A stretch of 61,023 bases of DNA, filler included, from Stramenopiles sp. TOSAG23-3 (Eukaryota), in the NCBI GenBank assembly GCA_900128585.1. It is 14 parts of 14 records of this genome, joined end to end, with 100 filler letters (N's around TTAATTAATTAA, not from the genome) between each part and the next. Parts side by side here need not be neighbours in the genome. Positions count along the whole stretch, not along the records: positions 30,630 to 34,891 come from LT643890.1; positions 34,992 to 39,251 come from LT643891.1; positions 39,352 to 43,609 come from LT643892.1; 11 more parts are not named here. One strand, given 5' to 3'. Under the pieces are notes generated by a model, which was not told the origin of the DNA, ran no database searches, and saw only the letters and a list, made by a program, of their open reading frames with translations. Below are positions 31,237 through 39,634 of this stretch, in pieces (within the stretch, counting starts at the first letter, position 1; the number at the start of each line of letters is the position of its first letter). A program made the translations under genes and the position numbers.

Positions 31237-32661
31237 ATGACAACGGAATATGGGCGGCGAGGGTGCGTCAGTGGGTGTTTGAAGCTGGCAACGGCATGTG
31301 CGGTTGCTGCGGTAACGTTTGCTTCCGTCCCCGCGGAAGCCTCCCAGGTCTCTTTCGTGTCTATAGGCGACTGGGGGGGGGCGGGGCTTGGCGGGTACCA
31401 TGAAACCGACGAAGTCACGGTCGCCAAGTCCTTCAGTGCGAAAGCGTCCGCGTTGGACGCCCAGTTTGTGCTGAACACGGGGGACAACTTTTATTACTAC
31501 GGCGTCAAGTCGACGGACGACCCGATGTGGAAGAGTACGTTTGAGGATATTTATACGGACGCATCGATGATGGTGAAATGGTATGGTGTCTTGGGAAACC
31601 ACGACTACGGGTTCAACGCGACCGCGCAGACGGCGTACCGAAGCCCGAACAAAGACCGTTGGGTGCTGCCGTCTCCGTACTACACTCGTCGGCTGCAGTT
31701 GGGCTCATCCGACCAACACGTGACGCTAATCATGATCGACACAAGCCCGTGCGTGGCCGATTACCGGGGGACCGACAAGTCCCTCTGGGATCCCTGTGGG
31801 ACGGAGTACCCCGGGCCCGCCGACTGCCAGTTCCACAAGAACATCCTGCAGCAGAACTGCACCGAGCAGGCGGCGTGGCTGAAGGAGACTATGGGCAAGA
31901 TCCCAAAGGACGACTGGAAGATCGCAGTCGGCCACCACCCCGCAGACGAAATCGACGTCGAGGACCTTACCTCCCTTCTCCAGGACGGGAAGATCGACCT
32001 GTACCTGAACGGCCACACCCATGAAATGGCGCGGTACAGCGTCGACAACAATGGCGCGTTCCTGACGACCGGCGGGGGCTGCATGGTCAAGGTAAGCGCG
32101 GGTGGCCACCAGGAGCCCCCGTACAACCATGCCGAAAAGCTTGCCGCAGCGAACAGAAAGACGATGGAGGTCGAAGTCCCTACTACGCTCGTGGATGCCG
32201 AAAGCCTTGGCATGAAGGAGCCAAAGCACGTCGGAAACAACGACCACCAGTACAAGAGCATTTGGCACGTACGATCGGCTGGGTTCACGACGCACACGTT
32301 TTCCGAAGACATGCAGTCCCTGACGACGAACGTGTACGACGGGAACGGGAACGAGTTGGAGAAGACCTCGTTCACGGTCAAAAAGGGCCAGGCCCCGTCG
32401 CCAAGCCCTGGACCCGGCCCCAGCCCTGGACCCAGCCCCGGGCCAACCCCAGCGCCAGGCACAAAGTGCTGCTACTACGACGAAGCAAAGACGAACCCAG
32501 ATTGCCACAAAGGCGCCGTGTGCTGCAAATCGCACTGTGCGGACCCTTCCACATGCAGTTACTCGAAAGAAGGCTGCGGCAGCAAGTACGGGCAAAAGCA
32601 TAGCTGTGAATGGAATTCGAAGAACGACCGCTGTGAAGTGGGGACAGATTACGAATTGTAA
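31237..32661 (+). CDS. Secreted purple/tartrate-resistant acid phosphatase (ACP5-like) with Pro-rich linker and 10-Cys tail
   Basis: All five PAP motifs: GDWG, GDNFY, GNHD, VGHH, GHTH; signal-peptide-like N-terminus; ATG at 31237. Confidence 0.9.
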   Translation: MTTEYGRRGCVSGCLKLATACAVAAVTFASVPAEASQVSFVSIGDWGGAGLGGYHETDEVTVAKSFSAKASALDAQFVLNTGDNFYYYGVKSTDDPMWKSTFEDIYTDASMMVKWYGVLGNHDYGFNATAQTAYRSPNKDRWVLPSPYYTRRLQLGSSDQHVTLIMIDTSPCVADYRGTDKSLWDPCGTEYPGPADCQFHKNILQQNCTEQAAWLKETMGKIPKDDWKIAVGHHPADEIDVEDLTSLLQDGKIDLYLNGHTHEMARYSVDNNGAFLTTGGGCMVKVSAGGHQEPPYNHAEKLAAANRKTMEVEVPTTLVDAESLGMKEPKHVGNNDHQYKSIWHVRSAGFTTHTFSEDMQSLTTNVYDGNGNELEKTSFTVKKGQAPSPSPGPGPSPGPSPGPTPAPGTKCCYYDEAKTNPDCHKGAVCCKSHCADPSTCSYSKEGCGSKYGQKHSCEWNSKNDRCEVGTDYEL

Positions 32662-32886
32662 AATATTAGTGTTAAATAAATACTATGCACNNNNNNNNNN
32701 NNNNNNTATGGGGTCGGATTTGAAGTAGTATTTGATTTAAAATGAGAGTCTTAAAACATACTATATAATTTGTTTTTCATATCATAAGATAGAAAAGAAC
32801 ACACAAACAATCATGCCACAACACCACCACCCTCCACACACTTCTTTGAACTTGTTGTTTCTTTCATATACACACACATTCATCTC

Positions 32887-34647
32887 TCAATCCAAATGGA
32901 TTGTTTCAACAATCGTACGAAACTCAATGTTAAGATTGCTCCGCCTTTCTTTCCGTGCCCAATCAAATGCTGGGTCAGAGATAAAGCTGCCACTACGATG
33001 CTGCTGACCATTCACGTACACGATATATTCAAGGATCTCCCCCATGCGTGCACCATCGATTTTCCCTTTCCAAATTTTTCCGGCATTGTGATAAATTGGA
33101 AAACTCTTCCCCCCAGCCATGTTGGGCACAAAAATGTGGACTTTGTCGGTCGGCTTTAGGGTCCCTTCCAAGACAATCTCAATAGTCAACACTGGCCATT
33201 CTTTCACGTTCCCCGTCAGCTGTTTCAGAATGTTTGCGTAACTGGGTTGGGTCCAATTGGGTTGGTTCCATGGGTTTCTAGGCGACCCATGGCACTGGTC
33301 GGTTATTGTGGTTCCGTTCGGGTGAAGGTATGGGCAGTTTTGTTGATACTCGTATTTTCGTAGAAGGTAGAGGATGTTGGACAGGTACCGAACAAATGCG
33401 ACGCTGTCGTTCCTCAAGAACAGCTGCGACTCTACGTTCGTTGGGACGTAGGCATACTTGCCAACGCCCCCGCCCATAGATGCACCACTCCAGTTTGCTG
33501 TACCCGTCACAATCTTGGTGCCGCCCTTGGAGTTGGGCATTCCAAACACTCCATTCTTGTGGTGGAAAGCCGTAAAGCAGGCCCCTTGGTCAGGGCAGCC
33601 CCAGTTCTTACATTTATATACCGGCACACCGCACTCATTCATGCGCAACGCGGTCAAGCTGCTGTCCCCAGGGTTGAAACTCCCATCTCCATCCGCGCAG
33701 TCCTTGTCCGTCAGGACAACGACTTCTGCGCCCTTCTTCCGTTGCTCGCAAATGGCATCGGCAAGGCGAACCTCGGTGCCATTGCTCAGTGTTGGCCCGG
33801 ATAAATCCCTGAGGCAATACACGCTCAGGGCAATAAAAGTGGTCTCTTTCGTGACTGCGTCCAGTATGACCTCCAACGGAGACGTGCTCCCTCTGCTGTT
33901 GTACTTTGAATAGAACAAATTGCTCTCTGCAGAGGGGTCCCAAACGTTTTTCTTGACAGCCGCATTCTCAGGGAAGAGGGTGCTGTTGAAAAATTCCTTG
34001 TATTTGCCGATCGCTCGCTGGTTGCTGGTGATGTAAAGGGTCTCTTCGTTGAAAACAGCGGTGTCTTCTGGGTTCATGCTCCCAGAGACAACGCGCTCGT
34101 TGCGCTTACCGTGCTCATCTTGCCACGCAAAGTACCGCATCTTCATGTGCATGATTCCGCTGCCTGCGCTAAAGTTTGTTTTCTGTTGCGTATCGACTCC
34201 CACCAAGTTCAAGGACATTAAAACGCTTTGGCTAAGGTTCTTGTTAGTGTCGTAGCGCGACGGCGCGACGCGCATGGAATGATTTTTGAACAAGTCGTAC
34301 GTAGGTATGTACGGTTCGGAGAGCTGTGTGAATTCTATCAATACTTGAACATGCACCCCCGCCTTGTATGCATCGATCAACGGGTGCAAGTAGTCCAAGT
34401 CCAAGACGTTGTACACCGACCATAAAATTTGGTACGGGTTCGACGACCCCTGGCCGTTGCAGTTAGCTTTGTCCTTCAGGCAAGCGTCCCTAACTGTTTT
34501 TGCCAGCGTTAAATCCGTCAATAGATCGCGCGTTTTGTCGTACGGTGCAAAGAAAAGATTGTCCAAAACAGTTTCACCCGAAGCCGGGAGAAAAGCACAG
34601 AAAGACGCAAGTGTAACAAGCAGCAGAAGCCTTCCTGCCACCATCAT
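32887..34647 (-). CDS. Secreted phospholipase D/nuclease superfamily protein
   Basis: Signal peptide; two HxK + G(S/T)xN units (MHMKMRYF..SGSMN; FHHKNGVF..TGTANWS); C-terminal beta-rich module. Confidence 0.8.
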   Translation of the reverse strand: MMVAGRLLLLVTLASFCAFLPASGETVLDNLFFAPYDKTRDLLTDLTLAKTVRDACLKDKANCNGQGSSNPYQILWSVYNVLDLDYLHPLIDAYKAGVHVQVLIEFTQLSEPYIPTYDLFKNHSMRVAPSRYDTNKNLSQSVLMSLNLVGVDTQQKTNFSAGSGIMHMKMRYFAWQDEHGKRNERVVSGSMNPEDTAVFNEETLYITSNQRAIGKYKEFFNSTLFPENAAVKKNVWDPSAESNLFYSKYNSRGSTSPLEVILDAVTKETTFIALSVYCLRDLSGPTLSNGTEVRLADAICEQRKKGAEVVVLTDKDCADGDGSFNPGDSSLTALRMNECGVPVYKCKNWGCPDQGACFTAFHHKNGVFGMPNSKGGTKIVTGTANWSGASMGGGVGKYAYVPTNVESQLFLRNDSVAFVRYLSNILYLLRKYEYQQNCPYLHPNGTTITDQCHGSPRNPWNQPNWTQPSYANILKQLTGNVKEWPVLTIEIVLEGTLKPTDKVHIFVPNMAGGKSFPIYHNAGKIWKGKIDGARMGEILEYIVYVNGQQHRSGSFISDPAFDWARKERRSNLNIEFRTIVETIHLD

Positions 34648-34891
34648 AGGGAGTTATTTCAAACTGTTGGTCGATGTTGACTTAGCATGTGCATGCACAC
34701 CTGTAACTTTGTGCTATAATTACTTGAAAGAACTTATTCCCTTCTTTCAATTTTTATTGACTTTCTTTGCTTCTTGTAGGTTTTGGATTGGAATTTACAT
34801 GGTGGATTATGCTCGATTCATTTAGTCCGTTTCTTTTAGATTCCATTTGTGTTAGCTCGGTGGGAATTATACGGAGATCGGTGATATAATA

Positions 34892-34991
34892 NNNNNNNNN
34901 NNNNNNNNNNNNNNNNNNNNNNNNNNNNNNNNNNNTTAATTAATTAANNNNNNNNNNNNNNNNNNNNNNNNNNNNNNNNNNNNNNNNNNNN
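34892..34991. other. Artificial contig spacer
   Basis: 44N-TTAATTAATTAA-44N. Confidence 0.99.
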
Positions 34992-36353
34992 CCCCCCCCC
35001 TCGGGTGGGCTAGGGGGGATCGGGGAAATCCTTGGTGGGGTCCTGGGGCTTATGACGGGGACGAAAAAGGTGTACCCGTTCCCGGCCGAGTGCGAAAAGG
35101 AACTGAAGAAAAAATGCCACAGCGTCGTCCGGGTCTGCCACCCCGGCGAGCCCTGCAACCTCGAGTGCATGGCGGACAAGCCGCCGTCCATCTCCAGGGA
35201 GTGCCAGCGCGCGCACCCCTGCTCCCTCATCGCAGAGAGGCTTTGTACAAAAATAGAAGACACCGACCAGGTGTTCGACTGCTTGCAGAGGCACGTGGAG
35301 CTGCTCAACCCGGAGTGCGTGAAGAGCGAGCCGTGCCTGAACAAGACGTCCGCCGCGTGCGTGCTGCGGAAGTCGAACGAGTGGGGCGGGGGGAAGTCGT
35401 CCGAGCACGGGCCGAGCGGGCTCCGGAACGTTGCGCCAGAGTGCCAGTGTCACTCCGAGCACGGGTGCAGCAGGCACCTTCACCACCCCTTTTGTCGCCC
35501 CTGCGGGGAGAACTGCGTGCAGAACCCCCTCTGCGGGGCGACAAAGTTCTGGTGCAGGGTGAGGGACAGCGAGCTTTGCAACGCCCCGTTCGCGCACCGC
35601 CTCGGGCACTGCGACGGCCCCTTTCCCCGCTTTCCAAAGTGCGAGGGGGCGATTCGGGCCGGCCAGAAAGGCGCGGCGGGGACGGGCCGGTGCGCCGCCC
35701 AGGCGGCGGTGCACAACGCCGACCCCGCCGTTTGCCCGCCCCCGCCGCACGGGGACCAAAAGGTTCCGGTGAGGTTCACCGACGTCAAAATTCGCCCGTG
35801 CGATCGAAAGGTGCCGACGCTGGGAAGTTTCATGCGCGACATTTTTCAGCACAGCCTGATGGGCTTGGAGAGGCCCTTTCAACGGCGGCACAGGGTCCCG
35901 TTGCCGCCGCCGATGGGGCTCCCGCCCCCCGTGTTCCCCCTCCACCCGCACAGGTTTAGAATGGGCATGCCCCTCCCGTCCATGATGATGGACGGGCGGC
36001 CATGGGCCCGGCCATGGGCCCGGCCAAGGCCGCGCCTGCCGCTGTTGGGAGACGGGGGGCGGGGCCCCGCCGCCGCCAAGCTGGAGGCGGAGAAGACGCT
36101 GATCGAGAAGCAAAAGCTCCACCAAAAGGCGGTCGCCACCGAGCTGGCGAGGGAACGGAAGGAAATAGACCGGGAGAGGCACGAGGTAGAGGTGGAGAGA
36201 AAAACGTTGAACCCGACCTCCGCGTGGAGCACCATGACGAAGCATGCCGCGATCGCGAACGGGTTGAAGCAGAAATCCGGCGCGTGGGGGAAGAAGCTGA
36301 CCAAATGGGGGATCACCATCATGGCCCTCCTCGCCCTGTGCTTGCTCCGGTGA
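34992..36353 (+). CDS. Cys-rich, Pro-rich membrane-anchored protein with GLG1-like repeats, 5'-truncated
   Basis: PCSLIAERLC..VFDCLQRHVELLNPEC resembles the GLG1 Cys repeat; C-terminal hydrophobic tail WGITIMALLALCLLR; frame open from contig start. Confidence 0.6.
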   Translation, partial: PPPSGGLGGIGEILGGVLGLMTGTKKVYPFPAECEKELKKKCHSVVRVCHPGEPCNLECMADKPPSISRECQRAHPCSLIAERLCTKIEDTDQVFDCLQRHVELLNPECVKSEPCLNKTSAACVLRKSNEWGGGKSSEHGPSGLRNVAPECQCHSEHGCSRHLHHPFCRPCGENCVQNPLCGATKFWCRVRDSELCNAPFAHRLGHCDGPFPRFPKCEGAIRAGQKGAAGTGRCAAQAAVHNADPAVCPPPPHGDQKVPVRFTDVKIRPCDRKVPTLGSFMRDIFQHSLMGLERPFQRRHRVPLPPPMGLPPPVFPLHPHRFRMGMPLPSMMMDGRPWARPWARPRPRLPLLGDGGRGPAAAKLEAEKTLIEKQKLHQKAVATELARERKEIDRERHEVEVERKTLNPTSAWSTMTKHAAIANGLKQKSGAWGKKLTKWGITIMALLALCLLR

Positions 36354-36500
36354 GCAATTGTTTCTAAACCTAAGTCTTGCACATCTATTGCCTCGTACTT
36401 ATAAAAGCAAACAAAAAACGAAATAATGGGTGGCTGTCGCGGTACACGAAGACGATAATTTTTACAATTACTTTTAAATAACACAGCAGATATTTGGTTC

Positions 36501-39074
36501 TCAGCACGCCCCGTCGTCCCCTTTCGGCACTGGCTGGCCCGCGTCCACCCTCGCGCACGGGCACAGCCGCGTCGTGTCCGGGTGTTTCCCTTCGCAGAAC
36601 GCTGGGGGGTCCTGCCCCGGGCGCAACTTCTCCAAATCGTTCACGAGGCATTTCCCGTACATCCCGCTGTCCTTGTTCGACACGTACGCCGGGAGGTCGA
36701 CCCCGACCATCCTCTCGCACTGCTTGCAGCCAAACGCGGTCGCCATGACCTGGCAGTTGTCCAGCTCACGAACCAACGGCGGGATGCAGACGGACCCGGG
36801 CCTTTCCCTTCGGCACGCCGAGCTGCAGGATTCCCCCGCCGCTCCCTTTACCACGCTCCAGGTCGCCCGCCCGCACGGGCACAGCCTGTTCGTAGAGTAG
36901 TGGTGCCCGGCGCACGTCCCGTTCTTTTTCGGCGGGTTGAGCAGGCAGTAGCCGTAGTACTTGTCGTTGTTCGCGGAGACAAAGCTGGGCTGGTCCGGGC
37001 CTTCGACGGGATGGCACCCGTGCAGGCAGTCAAAGGAAACTTTCAGCCTGTCGCACGTGTTCAGCACGGGGAGCTTTGGCGCGATGCAAAACTCGCTGGT
37101 GGCTTGCCCCCCCACGGTCAGCGATTGGTGAAACTGGTCCAGCTCGTTCCGGTCCATGCCCCGGCACACGTCCCGGCAGGCCAGGCCGCCCTTCTTCGCC
37201 GCCCGGACCGCAAACGGCCACTCCGCCAACGACGGACCGTCCCGCCCGGTGCCCTCCTCGTGGCGCCACTGCGCGCGCCGCAAGTCGCAGATTTGCTCCC
37301 GCTCGGCAATTCGGAGCAGGCGCTTCTCTTCCCAATCGTTTCGCCACGAGCACAGGGTTTTCCAGGAGCAGGCGCTCGCGTTGCTCTCGTGGGGAATGTT
37401 GCACTGGCGGCCGCTGGCGCCGGGGCGAAAGGTCAGAACCACCGGCAAATGGTCGGACAGTATCTCCGTGCACGCCGACTGGACCGTGTGGGCCCTTGTG
37501 CACGGGCCGAACTGTTTCTGAAACGCGGGGTTGCCCAGAATGTAGTCCAGCCTCATTCGCGCAGCGTGCATGTAGTCCAGCTGAAGCATCGTCGGGACGG
37601 TGTGGTGAAACACGTGGTCGTTGCGCCCCGCTTCCCCCAGGTAGTCGGTGAAGCCGACGCTCAAAAACGCCTTGATAGGCTCAAAATCGATGCCGTACCC
37701 GGGCCGCAGCCCGTTCACTTTCCTTAAGAATTTCTTTACAATCCGCTCTTCCGCGTCCTTCTCTTTGATCGCCAGCAAGTGTTGCAAGAGTCCCGTGGAC
37801 TCGTACGCCGCTCCGTCGACCGGGGAGAGGGAATTGAGGTCCCCCATGATAAGCAACGGTTCGTCGCCCGTGTAGTTCCCCAGCACGCTCGGCGCCCGGG
37901 CAGAGTAGTCCAGGACCCCACTGGGCGGGAGCGGCGCGCCGGGGTCCCTCAAGTCGAGCGTGTCGCCGTCGCAAACATCGTACAGCCCGAGGGCGTCCGG
38001 GTCGTCCATGCGCTGCTTCCCGTGGAACAGCGCCCACGCCCGCTTGCCCGGGGTGTCGGCCAGCACCCCGTGGAGGGAGTGCTTGACCGCGTACACGCTC
38101 GTCAGCTCCCCCATCGCCGACAGGGAAATGGTCACTCGCGGGCCGCCCGATACCTGGACGTACAGCGTTCGGACGGGCAGCCGCTCCCCGTCCGCCGCAA
38201 CGACCAGGGACTGGGCTTCCATGACCCGCTTCGAGGACTCGAACGGGCTCAGGTGCGTCACGACGCACCGGAACGGATGGGTCGGGTGCTCTATCCGGAC
38301 GTGCAGAAACCCGTGGTGGAATGTCCCCCCGACGGTCTTTGCGAGCGGGGTTATCTTGAACTTTGACATGATTCCCATGTTGTACCCTTTCGTGTCCAAG
38401 AGCTCGCTGTGGGAAAAGCCCCACGCAAGCGCAATGTCCGCGAGGTACTCGTCGGTCCAACCGTTCAGCTCATTCAGGGTGAGCACGTCAATGCGCTGCT
38501 CCCGGACCCACTGGCCAATCCACTCCCTCCGTTGGCCGTTTTCGATGCCATCGTAAACGTTGTACTGCATCACCCGAACCGTTCCTTTGTACCCCTCGTC
38601 GTTTTCCAACGGGGTCTTTTGGGCCCCAATCGACGAGAGAGCCGCCCTCCGCCGGTCCGTGCAGAGGTGAAGGACCCTTTCTTCCGGCGTGGTTGCGGAG
38701 AGGACCGCCCCTTTGACTTCTGGGGAGTGCTCCCCTGGTTTGGGCTTCGGCGCTTTCGCCTTCCCGTGGAGCTTCTGCTCCAGCGCATGGAGGGCATCCG
38801 CGATCTCCGCGTCCCGCCGAAGCTTTGCCCGTTTCGCCTTTCTACCTTTGGACCGAGGAATTGCCGCTCCCTGGGGAGCGTGCACCGCGTCCACCGATGC
38901 CGTCCGTTTCCCCGGCCTGGCCCCGGCGTGGTGGGGCAGAACCAGCCGTGCAAAGGCCTTTGGGACAAACGGCGGTGTGGTACGCCCAGCGTGAAAAAAC
39001 AAAAACGCAACATTGGTGAAAAATAAAATTGCAATGCACCCCAAACACGACGCGACGACAGTACCCAACCGCAT
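36501..39074 (-). CDS. Type II membrane EEP (endonuclease/exonuclease/phosphatase) protein with ubiquitin-like insert and two C-terminal MGAT5-like Cys modules
   Basis: RVMQYNV, DVLTLNEL, THLSP, IMGDLNS, RLDYIL, SDHLPV; N-terminal TM; ATG at 39074. Confidence 0.85.
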   Translation of the reverse strand: MRLGTVVASCLGCIAILFFTNVAFLFFHAGRTTPPFVPKAFARLVLPHHAGARPGKRTASVDAVHAPQGAAIPRSKGRKAKRAKLRRDAEIADALHALEQKLHGKAKAPKPKPGEHSPEVKGAVLSATTPEERVLHLCTDRRRAALSSIGAQKTPLENDEGYKGTVRVMQYNVYDGIENGQRREWIGQWVREQRIDVLTLNELNGWTDEYLADIALAWGFSHSELLDTKGYNMGIMSKFKITPLAKTVGGTFHHGFLHVRIEHPTHPFRCVVTHLSPFESSKRVMEAQSLVVAADGERLPVRTLYVQVSGGPRVTISLSAMGELTSVYAVKHSLHGVLADTPGKRAWALFHGKQRMDDPDALGLYDVCDGDTLDLRDPGAPLPPSGVLDYSARAPSVLGNYTGDEPLLIMGDLNSLSPVDGAAYESTGLLQHLLAIKEKDAEERIVKKFLRKVNGLRPGYGIDFEPIKAFLSVGFTDYLGEAGRNDHVFHHTVPTMLQLDYMHAARMRLDYILGNPAFQKQFGPCTRAHTVQSACTEILSDHLPVVLTFRPGASGRQCNIPHESNASACSWKTLCSWRNDWEEKRLLRIAEREQICDLRRAQWRHEEGTGRDGPSLAEWPFAVRAAKKGGLACRDVCRGMDRNELDQFHQSLTVGGQATSEFCIAPKLPVLNTCDRLKVSFDCLHGCHPVEGPDQPSFVSANNDKYYGYCLLNPPKKNGTCAGHHYSTNRLCPCGRATWSVVKGAAGESCSSACRRERPGSVCIPPLVRELDNCQVMATAFGCKQCERMVGVDLPAYVSNKDSGMYGKCLVNDLEKLRPGQDPPAFCEGKHPDTTRLCPCARVDAGQPVPKGDDGAC

Positions 39075-39251
39075 TGGCAACCAGTGTTTACCCCTTACGT
39101 GCACCCCCCGGCGATCAATCGACGCCACAAAAACAAAACAAAATAAAAACCCAGCAGTCACACACCTGCACCACACCCCTCCCCAAACAACAATCGACGT
39201 GCACTTCTCCCAGCCACAGTTGGGGGGGGGGGGGGGGGGGGGAAAAAAAAA

Positions 39252-39351
39252 NNNNNNNNNNNNNNNNNNNNNNNNNNNNNNNNNNNNNNNNNNNNTTAAT
39301 TAATTAANNNNNNNNNNNNNNNNNNNNNNNNNNNNNNNNNNNNNNNNNNNN
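39252..39351. other. Artificial contig spacer (preceded by poly-G)
   Basis: 44N-TTAATTAATTAA-44N. Confidence 0.99.
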
Positions 39352-39460
39352 GAAGGAATGTAAACCTTTAATGGACAAAAGGAGCAGATTCATTTTCGCG
39401 GTACATGAGAAAGCTAAATTTTAATTACTTTGAAATAACAGCCAATTTTTTCTTGTTTTT
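39352..39460 (+). repeat. Dispersed repeat family copy
   Basis: GGAATGTAAACCTTTAATGGACAAAAGGAGCAGATTCATTTTCGCGG...AACAGCCAATTTT, matching 50222-50330, the reverse strand of 60857-60980, and partly 17657-17706. Confidence 0.9.
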
Positions 39461-39479
39461 TAATTAATGTGTCTAAATC

Positions 39480-39565
39480 TAGAGTTCAGTTCGCAGTACA
39501 TTAATTTTAATAACTTAAATAACAGCCAATTTTCTTGTTTAAAAATTAATGCGAACTGAACTCTA
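39480..39565. mobile_element. 86-bp miniature inverted-repeat element (MITE-like)
   Basis: Arms TAGAGTTCAGTTCG(cagta)CATTAATTTT / AAAATTAATGCGAACTGAACTCTA enclosing AACAGCCAATTTTCTTGTTT; mobility is inferred only. Confidence 0.55.
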
Positions 39566-39634
39566 CTGGTGTGATTTTAGTTGTTTTAAATAACAGAAAA
39601 TAATTTTTGTTTATTTCTAGAGTGTACAACTCTC

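Noticed and set aside
35010..38556. Long overlapping ORFs (35010-36245, 35090-35959, 36582-37727, 37681-38460 and others)
   Set aside because: Expected from high GC; Arg/Pro/Gly-rich translations overlapping better-supported genes
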